From positions 1-41,202 of the forward strand of contig UYFQ01000099.1 of the NCBI GenBank assembly GCA_900617105.1: a DNA stretch of 41,202 bases, in the 5' to 3' direction. Under the pieces are notes generated by a model. The model was given only the letters and a program-made list of their open reading frames with translations, made no database searches and was not told the origin of the DNA. Each line of letters opens with the position of its first letter. Position 1 is the first letter of the stretch. This stretch comes from Hydrurus foetidus (lineage: Eukaryota). Position numbers and translations under genes: made by a program. Positions 10,661 to 22,868 of the stretch are shown piece after piece.

Positions 10661-12056
10661 ATGCAAATGAGACTGTCGATGTTCTTCTTTGTATCCGCTT
10701 CTCGCCTCGCTTTCAGCTTCCGTCTTCCGCTCAGTCAGAATGTTGTTGGTCGTCATCTCGTTAGCGCCGTAAGTTGTGGCCGAGGGAGATCAATTGAGGC
10801 CGATGAATTGGACGATATATCCGCTATTGACGGCCCGAGAGTGTATCATGTTCCAGTTTTGCTGAAGGAGTGTTGTGAATACCTGGATATCAAGCAGGAT
10901 GGTATATATGTTGATTGCACAATGGGTGGTGGAGGTCACACACACGAGATACTAAGGAGAGGTGGACGAGTCATCGGCCTCGATCAGGATCCTGATGCAA
11001 TTGCAAAGACTTCAGCGGACTTGATGTCGTACATTGAAAGTGGGCGACTGGAGATAATACAAACAAACTTTAGATATATTGAGCGAGCGATCAAAACATC
11101 CAAATTTGCTGATGGGAAACACGTGGATGGAATCCTGATGGATCTAGGAATATCTTCTCATCAAATTGATGAACCCAGTAGAGGGTTCGCCTTTGGTGCT
11201 GACGGTCCACTTGACATGCGCATGGGGCAAGGTAAGATCTTAGTTCCAAACTCTCAATTTTTTCATTCATTCTGTGCTTTGGATAAGATACTGTTCTGCA
11301 TATGCATCAGTCAATGGGCAGTAACTGTCATTTTTGATCGTCATTTTCATTCTACTGTTGCCAGGCGCGACTGCTGGCACGAGTGATCTGACAGCATCAA
11401 CAATAATAAATGAATGGGAAACAGACCGATTAGCAAATGTTTTATTTGATTACGGTGACGAGACAAGATCGAGACAGATAGCTCGAGAGATCGTAGCATC
11501 ACGACCTCTCAACTCCACGGGTGAACTAGAGAAGCTCATCAGTGGCATGACGTCTTGGAAACAAAGATCGAAAACACTCGCTCGCTGTTTTCAAGCTCTA
11601 AGAATAGTAGTCAACGATGAGATGGGTGCGCTTGATCAGGCCCTGATGAGCTTGCACCGCTGTCTCCGTCCAGGTGGACGCCTTGTCGTGATGTCCTACC
11701 ATTCCCTGGAAGATCGAAGAGTGAAAAGTCTCCTAAAAACGGGTGTTGTTGGAGCAGATTTAAGCCTCGCAGCTGGGGAGAGAAATCCTTGGAATCCTTT
11801 ATTCAAAAGAGCCCAGGCGCCCTCTGATAGTGAAATAGAAATCAACAGAAGGGCTAGAAGCGCGAAGTTGCGAGTTGCAGAGAGGATTGATGATAATGCG
11901 GAGTTCATAGAAGATGAAGAATTCGCTGATATTAAAGGAACTGTGTGGAGGAACAAGGAAGCACCATTAGTCGGTGCGAAACAACTTGCGAAAATGGCGA
12001 GACAAAAGTTATTAGAAGAGCAGGAGGAGAAAGACAAAATGCCCACTGGTTATTAG
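10661..12056 (+). CDS. rsmH: 16S rRNA m4C1402 methyltransferase RsmH/MraW (METTL15 family), organelle-targeted, ~420 aa; join(10661..11231,11365..12056)
   Basis: Motifs HVPVLLKE, DCTMGGGGHT, DLGISSHQID..RGF..DGPLDMRM, FQALRIVVNDE, SYHSLEDRRVK, RARSAKLR. Phase-1 intron GTAAGA...CCAG at 11232-11364. Confidence 0.93.
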
Positions 12057-12412
12057 ATATTATTTATTTTGCTCATTTGTAATTTGGTTATTTGATTGAA
12101 TTCTAAGACGGCGTATAATTACTCATAAGTGTCCAGATTGATGGACATAGGACTACAACATCCAACGGCTTTTAAATTGCAATGAGGACTGAGGACTGCC
12201 GTTAGGAATCTTGAACAGAAGTACATACGAGAGGCACGAACGACCACAGCGCACAGCGTTCCAAATTTGAAAGCCACCAGTTTCCCACGGCCAAGGAATG
12301 CGACCAAGCAATCAAACCCTCCTCCACTTCCTCCTCAGTATACACGAGTAACTCTATCACCGACACAGATTTGAAGGACTATCACGTTAAATTATCATCA
12401 ACTTTAACTAAA

Positions 12413-12787
12413 ATGGCGAAAGGTTTAAGATCGAAATGCAAGAGAGCAAACAGAGCACAAATTCGTAAAACGCTGACAAATCCAATAATTAAGAAGAGAG
12501 CGGAGGCGATATCGCAATCTATTAAAGATGGTCTTGTCAACAAAGAGGGTGTCAGCTCAATCGATGCGCTAAAGAGTGCCTTCCAAGCTTCGAGCAGCTC
12601 GTTGCCAAATATTTCTGAGACGGAAGATAGCATGGCTGTTGATATGGAAGACGAAGAGGACGAGGAGGAGGAGGAAACTGGGGAGGAGTTTAAATCAAGC
12701 CGAACTTTAGCGAAAGAGGCATTTATGAAGAAGAAAGGATCGAAAGCGAAAGTCAATCCTGGGAAACAACTTGTGTGGTTCAAGTAA
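12413..12787 (+). CDS. LLPH / DUF2423-like small basic protein, 124 aa
   Basis: N-terminus MAKGLRSKCKRANRAQIRK resembles the MAKSLRSK-x-KR start of LLP homologues. Acidic middle, Lys-rich C-terminus. ATG in AAAATGG context. Confidence 0.65.
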   Translation: MAKGLRSKCKRANRAQIRKTLTNPIIKKRAEAISQSIKDGLVNKEGVSSIDALKSAFQASSSSLPNISETEDSMAVDMEDEEDEEEEETGEEFKSSRTLAKEAFMKKKGSKAKVNPGKQLVWFK

Positions 12788-13162
12788 AGGAATGTAGTAT
12801 TTTTTTGTAAATAGTCCTTCGACACTGTTTATTTGATCATATCCAACGACCTGGAGATCCCTACCTCCATGTCTGATTTACCTCGCTGTGTAATTTTAAA
12901 TAGATGGTTACGCAATCTGGCTCTGTGCCTAATTTGAAAATACTTCTGTAAAGAGTATCGGGATCAGATTGTCAAAAGAGTCGTGCATTCACCTTGCATG
13001 TACCGAGATGAAATATTGCGGTTCAAAGCGCTTTCTTGTCTGCATTACTGTTCTCTTTTACTTTGCTTGTTGCACTTCATCAACTGAATAAGCGTAGATT
13101 TCATGGATTACAAGCGTTCGCGAATATAAGCGAGCAATTAAGATGTACTTGTAAGTGGGTAG

Positions 13163-16100
13163 CTACGCAGTATCTTTGTCTGGCTTGACATTCATAGGAG
13201 GAAGATGTGGCAGTTGGATTCCTAATTGAGAAAATAGTTGAGTGGCCGGCCCGGCCCCTCCTAATTGAGATGCGTGCGATTCCAGTACATACTTCAAGAA
13301 ATTCAAATCCACATCGACTGCATGGGGAGTTTTCTCCTCAGACTTCTTACCCTGATAGATAATACAGAATAATGAGTAAAAACAATGTGGAAGAATAAGT
13401 GTGCGTAGTAAATCGTTTACCGCAAATACTATGAGATAATAGAGTCGGAATAATTGAGAGGATTTACTCGCTAATAACGGAGTTTAAGAAAAGATCTCAA
13501 AATAAAAGAAAAGCAACATATAGCAATTTCACCTCAGAATCAAAGTGAACTTGAATTTCTCCTTCTGTTGCTTGGGTAGAAACAGAAGGCTTGTCTTTGT
13601 ATCTCTCGAATGACTCGACGAGAGTTGAGGAGGAAAGTTCAAGGTCCATTGTTTGCTGGTAAATAAGATTAAATAAGAATTAATAAAGCGAAGAAAGATA
13701 TTTCATCAGCAGTAAAACACTATCACAGAGGATGACTTGATAAGGTGTGTATTGCATTAGTGTAGCAAGAGGTGCAAAAATTTTATACATTCCATGAAAT
13801 CCCATATTACAGAGGATAGCTGCTAAGTGTACAGATTAAGTTAGTGTACAGATAGCTGCTAAGTGTACCGGCAATTAGATTAAATGATAAACAAATGCGA
13901 TTCCAACAGATTGGTTTCAGAAACACACGGAGTCAACTAAAACAGCATCGGAGGAATGAACATCATCAGCATATTCGGGGTTCACTAAGTATGGTCCTCT
14001 CTCACCTCGTACTCCGCATAACAGTTCTTCCTCTCCATATCCTCTCCATCAGACCCATCTTTCTGAACACCAGTGCCTACGTATTCACTGGAACTCTTCT
14101 TCTTTTTCTCACCATTTCCTTTCTGTGTGGCCGCAGTAAAGTCAACTTCATCGTCACTGTCGGTCTCGCTTTCACTATCATCGTAGAAGCTATCATCATC
14201 ACCGGAGTCATCGGAATCTCTATTGATTATTCCTTGGCAAACTTCTTCTCTATTCGATATTTGAACTGACCCAATTTGTCTCTGCATGACTTGCACACTA
14301 CCACTACCGTCTCGTGATGATGCTGAGAGACTACCTTTGGGATCTTGAACCTTCGAGATTCCATGCATATCATATCTGACAGCATCATCATCATCGCCGC
14401 ATTGTTTGTTGGTCACTTTATTCTCGATGCTAGCTGTGTTATCATTGCTACTGCTATCTATCAACTTTCCCGTATCATGTTTTCCCATTCTCGAAATTTT
14501 CTTCTTGATAATAGTGTTGTCAAATCGAATTTCACGAACTCCTACAGTTGCCGTACGTATGTTGTGATTTACCCCCTTACCACCACTTCCCCACTCACTA
14601 AATTTCTCGACTTCTTCATTCAGAGTAAGACTGCTCATATCGACTTTCAATGAAGAATCTACTCTGAAATTCTCTTCATTATTTGCTGACTTTAGTGTTG
14701 CATCATTCTCTACTTCGTCATCACTGTCACTGCCACTGTCAATATCATTATCACTCCCACTATCAGATGATAGTTCAGTTAAATCGTTGTCATAGAAATA
14801 ATCTTGCAATGGATTTTCTTTAGGCTTTGGGGAATCTTCTTTTGAAATTTCTTCTTTCCGCTCTGTCAGATTAAAGTTCTTCAATATATCTAGCACTTTG
14901 TCAAAATCAATTACGATGTCCTCTCTTACTTGGTCTTCTTCTTCTCCATCGTCATCGTCATCATCATCATCATCATTGTTGCTATCAAATTGATGCATGT
15001 TATCCACATTTTTGATGCCGCTTGGCAAATTGCTTCTCCAATCGCTACTAAATATATGAACGTCATTAATACTATTAGATGCTAATTTCGTTGAATCATT
15101 ATTCTTCACAATTTCAATTTCCTTTTCGCAATTTTCAACTTCATCAGCTAGGTTTTTTTCTGTTTTTTCTTTCTCCATTTTGATATTCTTTTGGTCGTGT
15201 CTTTTAATATCGGTTGTTACTCCACTAATATCAGATTTCGAGCCGAGAAATAAATTCATTCCTTCTATCATTTTTTGAAGTTGTTCTGCATCTTCATTTT
15301 GCCGTACGTCAGAATCCTTCTTCTTATAGATATTAGTTTTATCGTCCTTGACAGTAGGCGATGATGACTGCCCTTCTGCTGCAACACTCTTATTCACCGA
15401 TTGTGAGTTAAGAGCACTGTTGTTCTCTTTGAATTTTTTGACTCTTGATTCCATTTCTTTATCAAGCTCATCAGGACTTAAATACATCCAAGAATCAGAA
15501 TCTTCCTGAAGAATGTTCGTTTTCATATTGTAGTCCTTCAGAAGATTCTTTGCATACGTAGCTTCTTGACAGCTTTTATCGATAGCTTTTTGATCTTTAC
15601 ATTCTCCATTTGTACCCTCGAGAAGAGAATCAATCAGTGTCGATACTGCCAAATCTTCCTTGTGACAACTTCCATAATATATTTGTGCTTTCGTATTTCT
15701 CTTCATAACCTGCTCTTTTTCTAGTTTTGCCATGGATTGATATCTCTGCAAATTTGATCCTATTTCAGATTTGTTTCTTTGATATGCTGATTCAAGCCCA
15801 CATGATAAACGACATCCCAATTCGAAAGATTTTGACAGTTCCCTATTTTCAGCATTTCCAACACAAACAGAAGCTGTATGAAACTTCTTAGGAATATGGA
15901 AATTCTGGTACATTATTTTAGCATATTGAAGTCTTGTGAATCGTATCGGAACACTTTCTAAATCCGTCAAATCAGCTCCTAAGAATTATGTATATACAAA
16001 TGTTCGATTTATATACAGTATTTGGTGCTGATAACTCTTAGGTGAAACACTTCTGGTAATTGATTATAAATGGAAGAAGATTGTGCGTATTAAACTTGCT

Positions 16101-17212
16101 GGATTTGACTCACCGAACTTCTGCATTGCAGCAATGTAATTTTTATTCGACCCTGCAGCAGCTGGCAGACAAAAAGTATTCACGGCAATTGAAACTAGTT
16201 CAGGCGATCTCTGAAAAAGATCTGCAATGGTGCGTGAGACTGTGCAGTATGATATATGTGAATCCGCTGCTGTTTTCGAAGGGTATACATCCGTTGTTCT
16301 CTGTGGGGATTGAAAAGCGAATAATACAAAGTATGATTGAGAGGCGAAAACAGTAAGTAAGTGGAATGATTGCCAGCAGGTGAAGCTTGCAATCAGTTAT
16401 TAAGAAGACTCTGTCGAGAAGTGCAGTGCACTTGGTCTGAAATAATCTACAAGGAATTTAGAATTTTGCTGCTTTTTTGACGCTATGTGTAGGTTTCAGG
16501 TCAATTGTCAAATGTTTTCGTAATGGATTACTAAGAAGGCAGCTCAAGGTTGCTGCATAAAGAATTCGCGCGGACTCCATAAGATAGTCACCTGTGCTAT
16601 AGCAGCTTGGACTTGTCTACTAGCCATTGTGTCCTGTGGTCTGTTCTTAATCGCTTCCAATGCCGCGGAAATCTTAATGCCACAGTCGTGAATATTTCTC
16701 CCTGCCTCATCTAATGATACGATGTGTAACTTGCCCTTCCGGATCCACAATCTATTGTCACAATTCTCTGGATCAATCCAATCAGGAATGAAATCAGCTG
16801 CTTCAATTAGAAGAAACTGGCCATCTGTATCCGTGACACTGATGCTAATGAGAGGGAACAAAACTGACAGCTTCAGGACAATGTAAGTAATGAACCACTC
16901 GTCCTCGATACTGTCAGAAAATTTCACGGTACTGAAGATGTGGGGTGGCTCTGATTTGTTGTCAGGAACAACAAGGGCGAATGTTGGGATATCCTTGAAC
17001 CATATGTAAGACTGAGAAAGTTCGAGCAAAGCAGAGGTCAGCTCGTCCAAAAGATTCAGAACACCGGCACGATTCTCTGTGTTATCAGGATAGATTGTTA
17101 TCGTGATCGCATCCTCAACATCTAGTCGTTCAAATTGCTTAAGAAGGCTGTCGGAGTTAGAAACGAAACCCTCGAACTCCTTCGGAAGACTGAATGGTTG
17201 AGGTGAAATCAT
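13163..17212 (-). CDS. ECD: Ecdysoneless / SGT1-family protein, ~1030 aa; complement join(16592..17212,16114..16300,14006..15978,13533..13655,13163..13351)
   Basis: Motifs DSIEDEWFI, DTDGQFLLIEAADFIPDWIDPENCDNRLWIRKGKLHIV, RFTRLQYAKI, ELGCRLSCGLE, EDSDSWM, MDLEL..SF and VDVDLNFLKYVLESHASQLGGAGPA. Four GT-AG introns with consistent phases. Confidence 0.88.
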
Positions 17213-17448
17213 TCTGACGCTGAAATCAATTTATTGAGGGAGCGACCGAAATTTCTGTTGCAAACACACAGGATTTCGTGGAAACTTTGACGATGAGATT
17301 CAGAGTGACAGATCTACAGTTATGGAATTGACTTGTATCATAACAGTGGCTGTCGCTGTCGCTGTCACAGTTGCCATTTCGCGATTGTGCTAGCAAAGTC
17401 TCGGCAGAATTTAGCCCTACGGGGATTTTAGGTTTTGCCAGCAAATTT

Positions 17449-17588
17449 GAGTGGCAGAATATGCGCATTTTTTTATCTGAGTAGCATAATGAGATAATGA
17501 GTAGCAAATTATAAGCTCCACTGGCAAAACGAAATATTTAAGTAGCAAAAATAAAATTTATGTAGCATTTGATATTTTTAAGTAGCAG
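17449..17588 (+). repeat. Left subterminal array of GAGT(A/G)GCA-like motifs (~20-21 bp spacing)
   Basis: Motifs at ~17449, 17479, 17499, 17519, 17540, 17560 and 17580, progressively more degenerate. Confidence 0.7.
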
Positions 17589-17717
17589 AAACGTCAACTT
17601 TGCTACAAGTATACAATATACTAATAGTACGTGTCACATAGCATATAAAACTAATAATTGAACAGTAAACTGTTGGCGAAGATAGTTGCAAAATAATTAA
17701 TTGCAATTGTGTTAGTC

Positions 17718-20700
17718 GAATACTGCTGTACTTCACTGCAGTTGTTTTGAATCGGTTTTATCACTTTGCGCTTATCGAATCATCCAATACTACATCATTC
17801 ATGCGATAGATCACACAAAATGGAGCCAAATACAGCTATAAGTTGTCGTAATACGATTATTATTATATGTTTTACACTTATTTCTATTAACTCATACCTT
17901 CACACATATACTCACTATATTATGGCTTTATAAAGTTAATAACTCTTGTAATACTTCGAGTTCATCGACCCCACTTTATTTTCACGATCATAATACATAT
18001 ATATAGCAGTTTTATATCTTGTATGATAGTAATTCAACATTTGGCTGTATCATAACGGTGTTTTAGACGAATACTTCTGTACTTCACTGCAGTTGTTTTG
18101 AATCGGTAGTATCACTTTGCACTTATCGAATCATCCAATACTACATCATTCATGCGATAGATCACACAAAATGGAGCCAAATACAGCTATAAGTTGTCGT
18201 AATACGATTATTATTATATGTTTTACACTTATTTCTATTAACTCATACCTTCACACATATACTCACTATATTATGGCTTTATAAAGTTAATAACTCTTGT
18301 AATACTTCGAGTTCATCGACCCCACTTTATTTTCACGATCATAATACATATATATAGCAGTTTTATATCTTGTATGATAGTAATTCAACATTTGGCTGTA
18401 TCATAACGGTGTTTTAGACGAATACTTCTGTACTTCACTGCAGTTGTTTTGAATCGGTAGTATCACTTTGCGCTTATCGAATCATCCAATACTACATCAT
18501 TCATGCGATAGATCACACAAAATGGAGCCAAATACAGCTATAAGTTGTCGTAATACGATTATTATTATATGTTTTACACTTATTTCTATTAACTCATACC
18601 TTCACACATATACTCACTATATTATGGCTTTATAAAGTTAATAACTCTTGTAATACTTCGAGTTCATCGACCCCACTTTATTTTCACGATCATAATACAT
18701 ATATATAGCAGTTTTATATCTTGTATGATAGTAATTCAACATTTGGCTGTATCATAACGGTGTTTTAGACGAATACTTCTGTACTTCACTGCAGTTGTTT
18801 TGAATCGGTAGTATCACTTTGCGCTTATCGAATCATCCAATACTACATCATTCATGCGATAGATCACACAAAATGGAGCCAAATACAGCTATAAGTTGTC
18901 GTAATACGATTATTATTATATGTTTTACACTTATTTCTATTAACTCATACCTTCACACATATACTCACTATATTATGGCTTTATAAAGTTAATAACTCTT
19001 GTAATACTTCGAGTTCATCGACCCCACTTTATTTTCACGATCATAATACATATATATAGCAGTTTTATATCTTGTATGATAGTAATTCAACATTTGGCTG
19101 TATCATAACGGTGTTTTAGACGAATACTTCTGTACTTCACTGCAGTTGTTTTGAATCGGTAGTATCACTTTGCGCTTATCGAATCATCCAATACTACATC
19201 ATTCATGCGATAGATCACACAAAATGGAGCCAAATACAGCTATAAGTTGTCGTAATACGATTATTATTATATGTTTTACACTTATTTCTATTAACTCATA
19301 CCTTCACACATATACTCACTATATTATGGCTTTATAAAGTTAATAACTCTTGTAATACTTCGAGTTCATCGACCCCACTTTATTTTCATGATCATAATAC
19401 ATATATATAGCAGTTTTATATCTTGTATGATAGTAATTCAACATTTGGCTGTATCATAACGGTGTTTTAGACGAATACTTCTGTACTTCACTGCAGTTGT
19501 TTTGAATCGGTAGTATCACTTTGCGCTTATCGAATCATCCAATACTACATCATTCATGCGATAGATCACACAAAATGGAGCCAAATACAGCTATAAGTTG
19601 TCGTAATACGATTATTATTATATGTTTTACACTTATTTCTATTAACTCATACCTTCACACATATACTCACTATATTATGGCTTTATAAAGTTAATAACTC
19701 TTGTAATACTTCGAGTTCATCGACCCCACTTTATTTTCACGATCATAATACATATATATAGCAGTTTTATATCTTGTATGATAGTAATTCAACATTTGGC
19801 TGTATCATAACGGTGTTTTAGACGAATACTTCTGTACTTCACTGCAGTTGTTTTGAATCGGTAGTATCACTTTGCGCTTATCGAATCATCCAATACTACA
19901 TCATTCATGCGATAGATCACACAAAATGGAGCCAAATACAGCTATAAGTTGTCGTAATACGATTATTATTATATGTTTTACACTTATTTCTATTAACTCA
20001 TACCTTCACACATATACTCACTATATTATGGCTTTATAAAGTTAATAACTCTTGTAATACTTCGAGTTCATCGACCCCACTTTATTTTCACGATCATAAT
20101 ACATATATATAGCAGTTTCATATCTTGTATGATAGTAATTCAACATTTGGCTGTATCATAACGGTGTTTTAGACGAATACTTCTGTACTTCACTGCAGTT
20201 GTTTTGAATCGGTAGTATCACTTTGCGCTTATCGAATCATCCAATACTACATCATTCATGCGATAGATCACACAAAATGGAGCCAAATACAGCTATAAGT
20301 TGTCGTAATACGATTATTATTATATGTTTTACACTTATTTCTATTAACTCATACCTTCACACATATACTCACTATATTATGGCTTTATAAAGTTAATAAC
20401 TCTTGTAATACTTCGAGTTCATCGACCCACTTTATTTTCACGATCATAATACATATATATAGCAGTTTCATATCTTGTATGATAGTAATTCAACATTTGG
20501 CTGTATCATAACGGTGTTTTAGACGAATACTTCTGTACTTCACTGCAGTTGTTTTGAATCGGTAGTATCACTTTGCGCTTATCGAATCATCCAATACTAC
20601 ATCATTCATGCGATAGATCACACAAAATGGAGCCAAATACAGCTATAAGTTGTCGTAATACGATTATTATTATATGTTTTACACTTATTTCTATTAACTC

Positions 20701-21389
20701 ATACCTTCACACATATACTCACTATATTATGGCTTTATAAAGTTAATAACTCTTGTAATACTTCGAGTTCATCGACCCCACTTTATTTTCACGATCATAA
20801 TACATATATATAGCAGTTTCATATCTTGTATGATAGTAATTCAACATTTGGCTGTATCATAACGGTGTTTTAGACGAATACTTCTGTACTTCACTGCAGT
20901 TGTTTTGAATCGGTAGTATCACTTTGCGCTTATCGAATCATCCAATACTACATCATTCATGCGATAGATCACACAAAATGGAGCCAAATACAGCTATAAG
21001 TTGTCGTAATACGATTATTATTATATGTTTTACACTTATTTCTATTAACTCATACCTTCACACATATACTCACTATATTATGGCTTTATAAAGTTAATAA
21101 CTCTTGTAATACTTCGAGTTCATCGACCCCACTTTATTTTCACGATCATAATACATATATATAGCAGTTTTATATCTTGTATGATAGTAATTCAACATTT
21201 GGCTGTATCATAACGGTGTTTTAGACGAATACTTCTGTACTTCACTGCAGTTGTTTTGAATCGGTTTTATCACTTTGCGCTTATCGAATCATCCAATACT
21301 ACATCATTCATGCGATAGATCACACAAAATGGAGCCAAATACAGCTATAAGTTGTCGTAATACGATTATTATTATATGTTTTACACTTA
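17718..21389. repeat. Tandem array of a 351-bp AT-rich unit, ~10.5 nearly identical copies
   Basis: Unit starts (GAATAC...) at 17718, 18069, 18420, 18771, 19122, 19473, 19824, 20175, 20525, 20876 and 21227 (partial). Only a handful of variant positions. Confidence 0.98.
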
Positions 21390-21407
21390 TTATTATATGT
21401 TTTACAG

Positions 21408-21695
21408 CTGCGAGCGGAATTGCGGACTTATAAGAAATTGGCAGACGAGTATGAAAACGAAGATGGTGATGGTTGGGCATTCTGGAGACGGTACTACATT
21501 TCATTACCCTTGTGGTACAGGGTAGCGGCTGAGGTAGCATTAGTAATGTGTTCCAGCGCTTCAGTAGAACGCGTTTTTTCTTTGCTGAACAATTTATTTG
21601 ACGACTCTCAACATAGATGCCTTAACGACTACAAGGAAGCTTCAATTAAGATTAGATACAATGAGAACTACCGTGATAGAAAGCAGTATCAGTAG
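21408..21695 (+). pseudogene. Orphan last exon of a hAT transposase (C-terminal dimerisation domain)
   Basis: TTTTACAG acceptor ending at 21407, then LRAELRTYKK..WAFWRR..LPLWYRVAAEVALVMCSSASVERVFSLL..*. SSAxVERxFS is the hAT dimerisation signature. Upstream exons are absent. Confidence 0.82.
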
Positions 21696-22692
21696 TTCTT
21701 TTTCACAAGAGTACTATTGCATTTAATTTCTTTCATATTAATAAAGTCACTTCTATAATTACGTTTTTATTCTACCGACATCGTCTCTAAAATATCCTTC
21801 CTCACGATTGATGGGACTAATGCGCAGCATGGTTTTCGAGGCAGCAGTTTGGAAAGAAGCTGCAAAAGAGTAATTGTTAATTGCTGTTTAATTAATATTA
21901 AGTAATTCAATGTTGCATCATAGTTTTGTACGGTAAAGTGATCTCCAAAATAACCAGTCTAAATTCGCCTACAAGATGCTTTTCCGCGATTCATCTGGCA
22001 AAAAAAAAAATGCCAGGGGTTCCCCTATAAGTAGAGGCATTGAGGTTATCGATCAGCATTCAAAAAAGATGGGCGGAGGTAAAATTTGAAGTTTTTTGAT
22101 GGTGGTGACCCAAAATGCATGGGGGAAGGAATTGATTTCTGCTCAATTTGCACCGTAGAGGAGGGAAAAGCAAGGGAAAGCCGTTCATTTGGGTATCTAA
22201 CATCAATTCCAGTCGATGGACCCCATTGTAGGCTCAGACTCTAATGTTGGACAGAGGACGAAATAGAAATGTGAGGATTATTGCTGTTCAGCTTCTAAAA
22301 CGCTCCAAATTACCTGCAAAATGACAGCAAGCACATCGCCGAGGTCCTGAGACTGTCCCAGATATTCTCCGCCACTCAGGAGCGAATTCTGCTCTGCCGT
22401 TGTTGTGTTGACTATTTGTGTCGAGAGAGTTGTGGACGTTGCCAAATGTGGAAGCTTCAAAATCAGATCTTGAAAGATCAGGTCCCAAAAAATGATCTTA
22501 AATTTTTTTAAGATCTTTTTCAAATTTCTTAAATTATCTTAAAAAAGGTGTGATTTCAGTGTTTTTCACTGGTTATGCACAACAATTTTGCCCACATATG
22601 ATATGATCGATGTGCTAAGAAGTTGCCTTCACAGAGAGGCGGTCAGAAGTGATTTGAATGCGGAAATAGTTGTTATGCACGGCAGCGAAAAA

Positions 22693-22868
22693 TGGTAGCA
22701 AAATCCAAATTTTGAGTAGCATAATTGGACTTTTGAGTGGCAAAATCCAGCTTTTGAGTAGCAAAATACACCTCTCGAGTGGCATCATTGAACTTTTGAG
22801 TGGCATAATGCAACTTCTGAGTAGCATTATAGGACATTTGAGTAGCATACTTGAATTGCCGAGTAGCA
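22693..22868 (+). repeat. Right subterminal array: GAGT(A/G)GCA at an exact 21-bp period
   Basis: Motif starts at 22714, 22735, 22756, 22777, 22798, 22819, 22840 and 22861, plus a degenerate copy at 22693. The 13-nt spacers vary. Confidence 0.9.

Noticed and set aside
13815..13868. 18-bp direct repeat GATAGCTGCTAAGTGTAC in an ECD intron
   Set aside because: It is a local duplication with no TIR, TSD or other sign of function.
17718..21389. 351-bp array as a CRISPR array, rDNA/snRNA cluster or ribozyme array
   Set aside because: Units are head-to-tail with no unique spacers. I saw no rRNA, tRNA or snRNA motif and no hammerhead core (CTGATGA...GAAA) on either strand.
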